The position numbers were made by a program, and so were the translations under genes. A DNA stretch of 64,000 nucleotides from the NCBI GenBank assembly GCA_053919585.1, contig CM132806.1; one strand, written 5' to 3'. Below the pieces are notes generated by a model. The model worked only from the letters and a program-made list of their open reading frames with translations. It was not told the origin of the DNA and ran no database searches. This DNA comes from Euprymna scolopes (Eukaryota). Positions 25,866-39,010 of this stretch are shown in pieces (the first letter of the stretch is position 1; each line of letters starts with the position of its first letter).

Positions 25866-27320
25866 AAACCTTATAAATATTTTGTACTTCTTTAAAGTTT
25901 AACATATTTAATTCGAGGTTCAATCAAATTCTTTTGATTTGATTCGTTGTTAGGAAATGATTTCACTCAAGACAGAAATGAAAGGATTGAAAAACAGTGA
26001 AAATAGTTGAATCATTCTACTGTTACATTAATGCATGTATTTATAAAACGTTGAAACCAAATAAACAATGTGACGCCTTTTAGTTAAATTATTTATTTGC
26101 ATTTCGATACAAGACGCCCTATTAATAAGTAAATCTTATGAAGATGACATCCGCGTCGAAAGTTCTACTTTTTAAAATGAATGAATTATTTATTTTTTAA
26201 AAAATCAGTCTATTTATTTTATATTTTAAGTGTTATTCAAATACAGTGTTTCAAATATGTTTTTCATTATAAATTTGATAACAGTGAGTTTATTATTGGT
26301 CTCTAATCTGGTAGCTCCAGTGATCATCTTAGCCCCCTTCTCCCTTATTATAAGATGAAATACTTGCTATATTTTCCTCATGTTCAAATAGTTCAGTGCA
26401 AAATATCATCTGAGCCATATAAGAAAGTTTAAATAAGTTTGAATAAATTTGTCATTAGAAGTTATAGAAATGCAATTATCTATATTTCTCTTTGTCTGTC
26501 CGTATGTTTATTTTACTTTTTATCGGAAAATACTAAACTGATCTGGCCGAAATTTTTAGACCTTTGCTATTATAAGGGGCAGCGGAATAAGTATTATTGT
26601 ATCCGTTCGATGCAGTTATGTAATAATAGGATTCGTATTTAATGCAAAAATGAGCGTACATTTAACTATTCAACCATCAATTTCATATAAAGCATCCATT
26701 TTAAATAAACGGGCTATAACTTTTGTTTTTTTAATACGTATGCGATTGAAATCAAGATATAATGCTATCAAATTGACAAAATTAGAAGATTCAAAGTTCG
26801 AAAGAAAGAAATATTTGAATCGCTATTTAGAAATTTTTACATCCGGTTGACAATAAAGTTTAAAACTTTTAAATTCAGATGAACGTATCTCAGCTCAAAC
26901 AAAAAGGTATTGCTCAAAATAAGCACCATCAGAATTAACACACTGGGGCGTCGATGTGTGTATGTATCTGTGTATGAGCGCATCCCACATATTCCCCTTC
27001 CCCTCCATGTATTCCTATGCCCTCAGTCACACCAGAAATTAACTTCCCAGACCCTCCCCCACAAGTTCCTTAAACCCCAAAACTAAAACATTACCGACAT
27101 ACCAAACGCCCTCTTCCACATTCCCCTTGTTCTCTTCCTCTCTTTCTTCCGCCCTCCTCGCACTCCCCCCACAACATCATTCACTCTTTCACTCTTTCAT
27201 CCCATAATAACGAACATTTCTGTAAAAGTCTGAGGAAGCTACAGACGGCAAAAAAAATGGCCGGATAGCTGAAACAATAATGTAACTTAACAGAAAGATA
27301 CGGTAATAAAAAATAAAACG

Positions 27321-27404
<84 letters not shown>

Positions 27405-27844
27405 TATTTTATATTTTAATTTCATTATTTTTGTTTTGTTTTGGAAAGTATTAATATTTGAACGAAGAATACAATTCAAAGTAATTTTCTTTACCCACGG
27501 ATTTTCAGCTTCATGTATGTTTCCAATTTGCATAATTTCAGTAAACGAAGACGAATAAGGTATCGACAAAATATAAAAATGCCATCATTGATAATATTGA
27601 TTATAGTGTATGAAAATATGTATAAAAATACTCTTAGTCTTTTATACACACGTACATGAATAAATAGATTAACAGGAAAACGTAGATGTAGAGGTATGTA
27701 AACCTAAATATACTTACATCTTTATAAGGAGACATGCCAATGACGTATTATGTACATATAGCAATAGATGGTTATTTATTTATATATATATATATATACA
27801 TATATATATGATGAAAATAATGGAAATAGTATTCCGACAAAATA

Positions 27845-28580
27845 GAGAAAATAAAAAGGAACAAACCGTATTATGTGTTCATCAACGTTTCGTCTTTATT
27901 TCGAGACTTCCTCTGGATGAATGAGATTAAGAAACAAAAAAATATACCAGTACAAAATATTTGAAAATGTTTCATGTGCACAGTGTGACGCAGTTCTATT
28001 TCAGAGAAATGGAAAAATAAACCGCGCCGGAGACTTCTTGAATCTGCGCTTATCGCATTTTCAAGCACTATTAAACAACGTGGAGGTTTCTATAACATAG
28101 CGCCATTAATAAGTAAACTTTTATTAAAAGAACATTATTTAACTGTAGACACAGGTTAACTTTCTCACACCATTCAAACACCCCCTGTAATAATTAACAC
28201 ATAATCTCAATCAATAAATTACATAAAAAACACTCATTTCATTTCTGTTACAAACCTATATTTGAATTTCAACAGATATATCTTTTTTCCAATAAGAATA
28301 TTAACTGCGTTTCATAGTTTTAAAATTACATTAACGACTATATGACGTCACTAAAATTTCCTTCTCTTTAACAGCGCCAGCCCTCATCCCTCCTTTTTGA
28401 ATTTCCAACGTCTTTTTCCGTTTCTCTGAAATAGAACTGCGTTACACTGTGCACGTGAAACATTTTCAAATATTTTGTACTGGTATTTTTTGTTTCTTAA
28501 TCTTATTCATCCAGAGGACGTCTCGAAATAAAGACGAAACGTTGATGAACACATAAAACGGCTGTCTCCTTTTTATTTTC

Positions 28581-28585
<5 letters not shown>
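27845..28585 (+). mobile_element. 5'-truncated Penelope element with inverted pLTR copy at its 5' end
   Basis: Arms 27845-28017 and 28412-28585 are inverted; spacer 28022-28159 encodes a GIY-YIG-like C-terminus RRRLLESALIAFSSTIKQRGGFYNIAPLI...*; arms hold a hammerhead-like motif. Confidence 0.85.
28506..28549 (+). ncRNA. Variant minimal hammerhead motif (U4->A core)
   Basis: ttcatc CAGAGGA c gtct cgaaataa agac GAAAC GTT gatgaa; 6-bp helix I; the inverted copy at ~27878-27921 has the same CAGAGGA core. Confidence 0.6.
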
Positions 28586-28652
<67 letters not shown>

Positions 28653-28999
28653 CATCTACTATTGCTATATGTGCATAAAAAAGTAAGGGGGGATTAATTA
28701 TAAAATAGAAACTAGATTAAGCCCTAAGAGATTCTCTTTTTGTTTGCAAAGAAGGTCTCAGAATCTTAATATCTATAGTTTCTAGAATTTTGAGATGGTA
28801 AAGAGAGTGCGACTTGCTAACGATTGAAAAAAAAGTCCGCACTCAAATTCGAAGCGCAAACACGATTATTTATAAGGTGCTCTCCTATAGATGAGCCATG
28901 GGTATTGCTCAAAACGTCCGAAGGTAGGTAGTTTTCATTTCGAATTTTAGATGGAACATGTTGTTTATTTACATATAGCAATAGATGCTCATTTATATA

Positions 29000-29022
29000 T
29001 CTATAATATAAAGCTGAATGTC

Positions 29023-29081
<59 letters not shown>

Positions 29082-29797
29082 TCATGAATAGGCTCCTATA
29101 TGGTTGACTATTTTAAAAAAACTGATTACATATGATAGAAGATGTATCGAGAATCAGGAATGGGTATGTTTGATCTGGCAGAACGGTGGTTCATTAAAAT
29201 TGTGGGGTCTGCGTTCGCGCCTTGTCCACAGCATATGGAAATAAAAAATTAAAAAATTGAAAAAAAAACGTTTACAAGTGTTTTTGATATAGATGTACAT
29301 AATAATACTTTGATAAGTATGTTTTAACGTAAATAGTGATGGTATAATAAAATTGTGGGTATGCGTTCGCGCCTGGCCTCCATAGAATGGAAATAGGCAC
29401 AAACTTTAATAAAGACTTTTCATATCTATCTGCGTAGGTATACTTTGATAATCATGTTTCAGTTTGAAGAAATATGGTATCATAAAATTATGGGGTATCC
29501 GTTCGTGCCTAACCTCCATAGAATGGAACTATGTCACAAAGTTTAACAAGGTTTTTAATATAGATCCATAGAATATTGTGATAAGTGTTTCAGTGTGAAC
29601 AGGTATGGTATAATAAATTATGGGGTTTATCTATTTTAGTTTTACTTTCATCATATTTTGCTTTGGTTTTGATACTCCCAAATTCGAAGCTATGCCTTTA
29701 CAACCCTTTCTTTTCACAACCTATCATACTTTCATAAATCAGAGCCCATTTTCTGTAGGCTGTTTTTGAACTCAGTCAACGACGGGTACTTTTGCTA

Positions 29798-29798
<1 letters not shown>
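29000..29798 (+). mobile_element. Non-autonomous Helitron with (GT)n and internal tandem subrepeats
   Basis: TCTATAATATAAAG start, (GT)n, four ~120-bp internal units (AAATTGTGGG..CGTTCGCGCCT..), ends CAACGACGGGTACTTTTGCTAG. Confidence 0.8.
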
Positions 29799-29839
<41 letters not shown>

Positions 29840-29846
<7 letters not shown>

Positions 29847-30684
29847 AAAGTGAACGCGTCTGTGTATCTGTCTGTGTATCTGTCTGTCTGTGTGCATTTC
29901 CCTACGCAATAACTCTGTTAATTTTCAGTCTACAGACTCGAAATTTGGTATATAGGGTACTGAGATTTGGGAAAATCTTTGGGATCGGTTTTCGGCCAGA
30001 CATTTTGCGATTAAGGGGTCAAAGTTCAACGATTTGACCTTTGAGAACCATACCAAATCTTCCGAGAATTTTTGGTCTAAACACTTGAAATTTTAGATAT
30101 AGGTTTCTTGAACATAGATCTAACGTAATAACTTGATTTGAGCCCAAAACAATAAATGTGAAGGGTTCATAATAGGAGTCAAAGTTAAAAAAATTGACTA
30201 CTTTTTTTTTTTTTTGCTCAACATACACCGCCAAATACCCGGGACGCCGGGCACCCATGCTAGTATATCTATAAAAGTGAAAGTGTCTGTGTGTCTGTCT
30301 GTGAGGCTGTCTATGTGTCTGTCTGTGTACATTTCCCTACGCAATAACTCTGTCAATTTTTAGTCTACAGACTCGAAATTTGATATACTGAGTATTAAGA
30401 TTTGGAAAAATCTGTGTGATCGGTTTTCGGCCAGAAATTTTGCTGTTAAAGGGGTGAAAGTTCAACTATTTGACCTTTGAGAACTCTACCAAAATCCTTC
30501 TACTATTTTGGTTCTACGCACTTCAAATTTTAAATATAGGTTCCCTGGACATTGATCTAAGCTAATAACTCTATTAGAGCCCTAAACAATAAATGTTAAG
30601 GGTCATAATAGGGGTCAAAGTTTAAAAAATTTACCTTTTTTTTTTTTGCTCAGCAAATACCTGGGCAACGCCGGGCACCCATGC

Positions 30685-30745
<61 letters not shown>

Positions 30746-31129
30746 TGAACATGTCTGTGTGTCTGTGTCTCTGTTTGTCTGTGTGCATTTCCCTACGCAA
30801 TAACTGTCAAGTTTTAGTCTACAGACTTGAAATTTGATATACAGGGTATTGAGATTTGGGAAAATCTTTGGGATCGGTTTTTGGTCAGAAATTTTGCGAT
30901 TTGACCTTTGAGAACTGTATCAAACTCCTTCAACAATTTTTGGTCTAAACACTTGAAATTTTAGATATAGGTTCATTGTACACGGATCTAACTTACTAAC
31001 TTAATTTGAGCCCAAAACAATAAATTTTAAGGGGTCATAATAGGGGTCAAAGTTTAAAAAATTGACCACTTTTTTTTTTTGCTCAACATACACCTCCAAA
31101 TACTCGGGCAACGCCAGGCACGCATGCTA

Positions 31130-31130
<1 letters not shown>
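29840..31130 (+). mobile_element. Three head-to-tail copies of a ~400-bp non-autonomous Helitron
   Basis: Units ~29840-30263, 30268-30687, ~30738-31130; each AAAAGTGAA + (GTCT)-like repeat ... CGGGCAACGCCGGGCACCCATGCTAG; separated by TA runs. Confidence 0.9.
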
Positions 31131-31177
<47 letters not shown>

Positions 31178-31183
<6 letters not shown>

Positions 31184-31329
31184 AAAATAATGGAAATAGT
31201 ATTCCGACAAAATAGAGAAATAAAAAGGAACAAACCGTATTATGTGTTCATCAACGTTTCGTCTTTATTTAGGACGTCTCGAAATAAAGACGAAACGTTG
31301 ATGAACACATAATACGGTTTGTTCCTTTT

Positions 31330-31340
<11 letters not shown>
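31178..31340. repeat. Collapsed duplicate of the 27808-28585 Penelope palindrome
   Basis: Same left flank ATGATGAAAATAATGGAAATAG; outer ~60 bp of both arms joined by a ~10-nt loop. Confidence 0.85.
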
Positions 31341-31407
<67 letters not shown>

Positions 31408-31445
31408 TACTCAGAGGTTGAAGTAGTAAAAAATATATATATACT

Positions 31446-32040
31446 TCTATATGAAAGGTACTTTGTGTGTGTGAGTTTCTTCTTCGTACGTTCCGAAACG
31501 GATAAGCTTATCTTTTTCAAATTTCACGCAAAGGTAATTTATATGTCTGGCAGTGTTCTTAGATATGTTTTGCACATAAATTCATCCGATTAATAACGAA
31601 AATAAAAATAAATCGATCTTAAAAATAGTTTTTCTCTCTTATAGATAAAAAGAATTATTAAAGGGGAATAGTTTAAGTTACACCGGCCAAGGGAATTAAT
31701 AAAATCTCAGCAAATCATTTTCGACACTCGAAAAGGTTCGATCTTCAAAATAGTTTTTCTGTTTTATAGATTAAAAAAATTTACAAAAGAATATTTTTCA
31801 TTATTCATCAAGTGAAATAATATAATCTCAGCAAATCATTTCTTCTAATAAAAAAAAAAAGAAATAGACATATCTGGATATATTGCCCAGTAGTAGCGCA
31901 TTTGACTACAGATCGAATGATCAAGCCAGGGTGTACTTCACCATTTTATTTATTTATTTATTTTTCATTAATGAGTTCAATTTATGATCAAAGAAAAGGT
32001 ACCATTTAAAATCGCTGCTAATCATTACTTCGTTTGCATA
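31446..32040 (+). mobile_element. 3'-truncated non-autonomous Helitron with second tRNA-Cys relic (31876-31940)
   Basis: Homologous to 18564-19020; GCCCAGTAGTAGCGCATTTGACTACAGATCGA. Confidence 0.75.
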
Positions 32041-32049
32041 TTTTAAAAT

Positions 32050-32875
32050 AAGCAACTCCGGACCTGATTCGCCTCCGAGCGTGACAGTCGCTTCTTCCTC
32101 TATCCCCGGAACAGAATTGCTTCCGGGCGTAGCACTGGGCATAACCGACTTTCCTGGGACCATGCTCCAAGTCGTAACAAACGTTACTCCTTGAACAGAT
32201 ATGCCTCTGGGTATAGCAAAAGTTATTCCTGAATCATTATCGCCTCCAGACGTGGCACCAATCTCCTTCGAAACTATGCCTCTGGGCGTAGCAACGGGCG
32301 CTCCAAAAACATGTATGCCACCGTGACATACGGTGCTCCCGGAACACACGCTGGGTGTGGTAACTGTCATTCCCGGATCATTATTGCTTCCGAGCGTTGC
32401 AACCGAACCTGGGGCACCACCGGATGTGGAAACCCCGCAACTGAACCTGAAGCACCACCGGACGTGGTAACCCATCCTCAACGGACACGGACAACTTACC
32501 TGGAGTGCCACTGGGTGTGGCATCCCCTCAACGGACGTAAACGACGGACTTGGGCCGCCACCGAGTGTGACAACGCCCTCCCCCATCCAAAGGACACGGA
32601 CGACTGACATGGGTTGCCTTTGGCGTGGCATCCTTACTCCCTGGAACAATTTCTCCAAGAGTGGCAACTGCGGAACTGCCAGGAACTTTACCGCCTCTGG
32701 GCGAAGCGTGGAGGGTATCCCCTCTAGCGGGTGATTAGGTGGTTCGATACATCTTGTTGGCCTAGTATTCCAATAGAGACCCGGCGATTCAGAGATAAGG
32801 AGACCATTGTCTAAAAAGTTGCGTAAGTCTCCCCGAACCTGCCACCTATTTAAGTCCTGTCGAGTTCTAGACTAT
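32050..32875 (-). other. GC-rich, internally repetitive coding-like relic of unknown origin
   Basis: Recurrent GCCTCYGGGCGTAGCA units give ATPGG/ATLGS-like peptides on the minus strand in more than one frame; acceptor-like TTTTCTATTGTTTTTCAG at 32876-32893. Confidence 0.4.
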
Positions 32876-33459
32876 CTGAAAAACAATAGAAAACAGTAAT
32901 AACTAATATTGCCCTAGTGGGCTAACAATAAAAAAAACAACAAGCAAGTCTCTGCATATCCAAGCACCCAAAGAATTTGAGAAAAAAATCATTTAAACTT
33001 AATCAATGACTCAAGTTGGTTTCGTGTGTTAGTTGGTTAAGTGTAACATCAAGTACATATACTACACTTTGTTCCTAACCAAAAGGCCAAGTATGAGTTG
33101 GCTTTGTTTATTTTTTAAAATGTCGCACTCAATCACTCAATCACTCAATCAGAAAGTTTTATGCACATCGTTTGTGTGACGAACAATTCTATCTTTCATC
33201 TATTAGGTGTATCTATGGTAGAGGCATTCAGCCTTTGCGTGCTGAACCGGCTTCTCCTGAATGTAGAAGTCCCTAGGGAATAATAAATTCACAAGTGTTC
33301 TCTCCACAGTAGAGACTTTACGAGTCTTTCTTTTCTTTATTGTTATTTTATAACAAGTGCACGTCTGAGCTCCAATTTATAGTTCCCTCTTGCCTAACTT
33401 TCACGAAAAATACTCGTCTATCTGATACCACTATCAATAATTTCCCCCATTCTTAATCT

Positions 33460-33720
33460 AAACGTAGAATCCATGAACAAAGCTTCTTTCTTAGAATTGC
33501 ACGCCTGTGGAACTCTCTTCCGATCACTGTTTTCCAGCTGACTACAATATGGTCACCTTCAAGTCCAATGTAAACAAGTTCTTGATGAACCGTTCTCGTA
33601 AGTAATCCAATTTACCAAATTTCCACTACTAATGATTACTATGATATTTTCCCTATTCACTACTGTACACTCCATAACCCTAATCCTCGAGTGGCCTTTA
33701 GGCCTCGATAAAAAGAAAAT
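33460..33720 (+). mobile_element. CR1/L2-group LINE 3' end
   Basis: HEQSFFLRIARLWNSLP..DYNMVTFKSNVNKFL; same family as 20899-21172. Confidence 0.75.
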
Positions 33721-33791
33721 GTATATCTCGAGCAGGTAAAATAACGACGTTAGGTGTTTGCAGTTCTTGATGGCGGTGTCGATGTCCTCCT

Positions 33792-33868
33792 ACATACAGC
33801 GCCTAGTATTCTCTAATGGTCATCGATCTGGTACTGACAAGGTTCAACGGGAACTGTTAACGTGATTG
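33792..33868 (-). pseudogene. Second, more decayed 5S rRNA-derived copy
   Basis: ACATACAGCGCCTAGTATTCTCTAATGGTCATCGATCTGGTACT..AACGTGATT aligns with 16960-17047. Confidence 0.65.
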
Positions 33869-34899
33869 TCTTTAGTGCCAGAATGAACTGCTTTCTATGT
33901 TTTCTATAATTCGTGTCTTTTTTTTACAGCAAATTGTTGTTGTTATCGTTATGAAAAAACTTTATGAATTTCACCCCATTAATTTTACTAGCAAGGCACG
34001 AAAGATATCCAGCAATTTTCCCAGCGATTATGGGATTACATTTTGAACATCGCGAAAGTACAGGTGTTCAAGGCATGAATATTTTAAGCGTTCAGTGGAA
34101 AATGGAGTAAAAAATAATGTGTACCAGAAAAGTTGGACGTGTTTCCGTTATCTTCAGTAAAGTTTTTTTTTTAATCAAGTGACGCTATCAGAGATATATA
34201 TCAATTTCTCAGTGCGTCCTGGAATCGCTGTGAGTGGGTTTGTCTGTTGGCCAACCAGCTGGTCGATCAATTCCTCTTCAGTTTCGACTTACCAACGGGT
34301 ACATAGACAATTGTACACTCGTGCCATCGTTGTTGTGAACTCAGGTTTTTGTTGTCTGCTGATAAACTCATTCGGATGCCGATGTTTATAAAATAAAGTT
34401 TCTTTTAAAGGAGAAATAGCCATAGAAAAGAATTAGAGCGACTAGGTGGACAGATAACTCATTTTACTACACCCAGCCACATTTGGGACAACATGTAGAA
34501 ATGGCATTTTTTACTAGGTAGTCAGCGCTCATCAAAGCCCAATGACCACTCGAAAATAATAAGTCGGCTAGACTGTGACAACATCATTGTGATCAGTAAT
34601 GGTGGAACTGGGTAAGGTATTATTATTTTAGAGGACGGCTCGACAAGAACTTATGTGAAAACGAGCATATTGTAGCCAAATGGGAAGCAGCCCCATAATA
34701 TTGTGTTTCACAGACAGACTGTTCTCGTAAAGAAACTTAGAGAATGGAATTTCCGTTAATTTTTAGAGTTTAAGGGAAATTTTAGATGGTTGTTTTAGCA
34801 CTTGTCATGAAAATAACGATAGAACAGAGCAGAAATAGACTCGTAAGGGCTCTCCTCTGAAAAAAAAGGGGAAGGAGGGCACGAAAATATCCTCGCTCT

Positions 34900-35075
34900 C
34901 TTAATTTTGAAGGTAATTTTGCACCCTGTCAAAGCAGGGGAAGGCAATTCTGGGACACTCTTTCCCAGATGTAGCAAGAGTACTCCATCTAATGACGTAT
35001 TTTGCTCTTGTACATGTAGAGGATTATTTTCTGTATGAAATTTCGCCGACCAAAGACAGCGAAAGTTTCCTGCAG
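34900..35075 (-). mobile_element. CR1-group LINE ORF2 fragment
   Basis: LYMYKSKIRH*MEYSCYIW...DRVQ (RT thumb region). Confidence 0.6.
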
Positions 35076-36075
35076 GAAGTCACGTGCCTGACTCCTGCCT
35101 GGTGTCACCTCTGGCCATTAAAAGTAATATAAAAAGTGGTAGTGGTGGAAAAAAAACGAAACGAAGCTAAAATAAAGGTTTATGAGTGTCAGCTTGACAG
35201 AAACAGCATCATGATTGGTAATGGTGCAACTGGGTAATAGAGTCGATTTTGGAAATGAAAAAAATAATGTGAAGAAAGTTGCAAAATAACATCAGAAATT
35301 ATCACACAAAATATTGTGTATCTTTGTATTTTTTGTAGCAATCGAAGAGACAATAATTTGCGATTTTAGTCAACATATAGTGTCGCTGGACACATATAAA
35401 GCTGAGTCTTTAAAGAAAAGAAAAGAATAAAATCCATTCAATAATTGATATTTGAAAGTTTATTATCCATTTTTACATTAAATTAAATGAAATGATAAAA
35501 AAAATGAACCTCGATAAAATATTTAGTTTAAAATACAAATAACGACTTAATAGACGTTGTTTTATTTACTCGATATTTCGGAAGTTATTATCTCTCCTAG
35601 TAAATTCGATTTGTTTATATTTTTAACCCTTTTAATTAACACACGCATGCATAAAGATATATGTTAAGCAATTTTAATCTGTTAAACTGTATTTTTAATA
35701 TTAATAAAATCATATATTTCAAGTTCCTGCAGAGAGGTAAAATAGGACCAAAGGGTACATTCCAGCTTGAATCAACATATAGAACTGCCATAAAAATATA
35801 GAAAAGATGGAAAGAGATTAAGCCAATAAAAGAGTATGAAGATAGTATCACAATATCTTCAACACCATATGTTCAAGATGGTGCTGCTTTCCATTCCTAA
35901 TCTTCTATTTCAACTGATGAAGAAGATTATAAACAGTCAGATAATCTTCCCAAACGACCTCATATCTAAGCAAAAATTCTGAGGTATTCTCTTGAATTAG
36001 TCAGGGATGGTATATCATCTCATCTTGAAGCCAGTCTTGCCAATGGGCCTTCTTATATCTTTTTATAGATATAAA

Positions 36076-36139
<64 letters not shown>

Positions 36140-36249
36140 ATGAATGTAGAATTGATAGAGCAAAAGCTAAAATAAAAAGAAATGTCTTTGAAAAAAGAAA
36201 ATGTGAATAATCTTCTTTGTATTAAAGTAAATGGGATGACAAACAAAAA

Positions 36250-36515
36250 CACGCGTTGCTGTGGCTCTGTTTATTAAAATGTAACACAAAACAGAAAAAT
36301 ATATATGTCTTACATTTATGTTGTCAACATTTGTAGATACACAATATTTTGAGTTGTCGTTTTTCTATGCAGATGTAGAGATTGTCTGATTTTTCGACTG
36401 TAGAATACGCAACATATACTTGTCCATGTGAGAAGCAATCATAGTGTAAATCACACAAATGTAAAAACTGTCTCTGAATCTTGTTAATGGGTATTGCAAA
36501 CGCCAAGCGAATTGT
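36250..36515 (-). mobile_element. Helitron Pif1 helicase C-terminal fragment and partial 3' end
   Basis: IRLAFAIPINKIQRQ...CFSHGQVYVAYSTV..NLYI; half of a GCCACAGCAACGCGT terminal hairpin. Confidence 0.85.
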
Positions 36516-37394
36516 CAAGTGTAATATTTCAAGTTAAAATTTAGCTGATTTTCTTTTTGTATGAAAGTATAGTCTTTTATCAAAAATAAATCGATGGAAA
36601 TATTGAAAAGAAAACTGTTTAAAGAAAAACCAACAAAGTAAGTGGGAGACCAATGATAATTTAGAATGAAGAAAAAAGAATGTACAAATGTTGATTGATA
36701 AGCTTTAAAAAATGGAAATAGTTTAGTAAACTGTTGTTTTTTATACAAAGAAAATATATTGCTTTCAAATGAGACGATTCGTAAACATTTTAGTGCTTTT
36801 CTTTATTGTTGGGCTATCCGGAAATCGAAATATGGATTTTAAAATGAAACCAACATTATCTACTGAATTGTCATGTCACAGTTATGGAAATAGCCAAACT
36901 TACGAAAAACATAACGGAGAAATTAATGATTAAAGGAAATAGTTATCGAAAAAATTAGAAATTTTACCTATTTCCCTTGTGTTTACGTCACATGTCACGT
37001 GACAAAAAACATAGTCGAAATCATTTTTCCGTGTAATTATGAAAGACGGAAATAATTGTGATATGACAATTGGGTAGATAACATTGCTTATTGCTGAAAG
37101 TGACAAAAAATGTAAGGAGCAACTTTTCGGCTGGCCGATTTCATTACAATAAGCAGGAAGCACACTTTTTATCGGCCGACCTGTACAATGGACATCCCGT
37201 ATGTATATTTTTGGTACTCTTGCATAATTTGACGCGGATCATCGAGATTTTCCCTCAATTATGGTTCAGGCTCGACCGGCAGTTACCGAATTAAGCCGAG
37301 TAAAGTAACAGACGCAGATGAATTTCAAAACAAACAAACCGAAAATATATAAAATACAATAAATAAAAAAATAACAAAAACCTACTGTTAATTT

Positions 37395-37455
<61 letters not shown>

Positions 37456-38377
37456 CTCAAGAAAAATTGCATTTTGTATTGTTTATATACTTTTATTATT
37501 TTTTGCAATTTTTATATCAATGAAAGTTGTTGGGGGGTTTCAAGAAAAGATTAATTTTTACGATAAATTTTTAGGTGAAGAAAACTTACTTTTTTATTTT
37601 AAAGAAAATTGGCAGTAAACGTTTCTTTTTGAAAACAGAATGTTTATTTTTTACAAAAGATGAACGCTTTATATAAAAACTATACTTTATATAAAACTTT
37701 ATATAAAAACTGTGAATAGTTAGGTGAAAGTAGGTAAAAGTTTGATCTTTTTTTCAAGAGAATGTACAGATTATTTTTTGTCAACAGATGTTAAGAAAAT
37801 AAACAGGAAAAATACGCTCATCATTAATTAATATTGCAAAAAAAAGCAAATAAAATGTAGATTTAGTGTTTCAACATTTGAACAACGCTCGGCTAATCAT
37901 AATAGAAATCCCGATGATTCGGGTCAAATTCTGCATGAGTACCATTCTTTTTAATTTGGACTTTTGTTCCATTTTGGATTGTACTCTCAGCGATTGCAAA
38001 CTAACAAATTTAACCAAAATGCAAAAAGAAATCAACAATTACAGAATTTTAATAAGTGCTCAGTTTCTAATACAAATCCTAGTACATCAGTCCTTCTTAT
38101 TGGAAACACTCAAGGGAAGGACGAAATCAAATTATTGCCAGTATGTTTGGGAGAGGTTCTATTTTTCTTTTTTCTTTTGTTAAAATATTTTAAGCAGATT
38201 TGAGACTCAGTTACCAGATTTTTAGGGGCCGCTCGGTTTCTAATATAACGTAAGTAGATTTAGATGTTTATAACTTACGATAAAACTTGCGAAGCATGCA
38301 CTGCTTTGCGGTTGTTATAAAAATGGAACGGAAATTTAAATGGTGTTCCGTTTTACTCCTTTTTTTATTGTGCCCCC

Positions 38378-38394
38378 AAACATTCAACAATTGT

Positions 38395-38464
<70 letters not shown>

Positions 38465-38544
38465 ACAATTGTTGAATGTTATTCTTTTTATTACATTCGT
38501 ATAACAAAAAAGATATACCAAACTGACTTTTTTTTAAATATTTC

Positions 38545-38626
<82 letters not shown>

Positions 38627-38683
38627 GAACGAAATATTAAAAAAAAAAGAAAAAAGTCAGTTTGGTATATCTTTTTTGTTATA
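38378..38683. repeat. Two adjacent inverted duplications each centred on a (TA)n tract
   Basis: AACATTCAACAATTGTACTTT-(TA)n-AAAGTACAATTGTTGAATGTT; TATAACAAAAAAGATATACCAAACTGAC..-(TA)n-..GTCAGTTTGGTATATCTTTTTTGTTATA. Confidence 0.9.
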
Positions 38684-38970
38684 TTTTTTGCATAAACAAT
38701 GTTTATTAGTAGGCCGTGGTGAGACCAAAAGTTCCATTTTGTGATGTCACATGACAGTGGGTGGTGATAATTAGATTTCCCCCCCCCAAAAAAAATAGCG
38801 ACATCGTTACAAAGAAAACCACCTATTTATTAAAGAAAAATTGAGTATAATTTTATAATTAAAAAGAGATATATAAAAACACGCATGAGTACGATGAAAT
38901 TACTATACCAAAATGCCGAAGCAATCCGTCCACTGGTTATTTAGATTATCAATTACGAACATACCAAAAG

Positions 38971-39004
<34 letters not shown>

Positions 39005-39010
<6 letters not shown>

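Noticed and set aside
27189-27569. ORFs with YIYIYI, poly-N/I/L/M or X runs throughout the window
   Set aside because: Translations of microsatellites and N-gaps.
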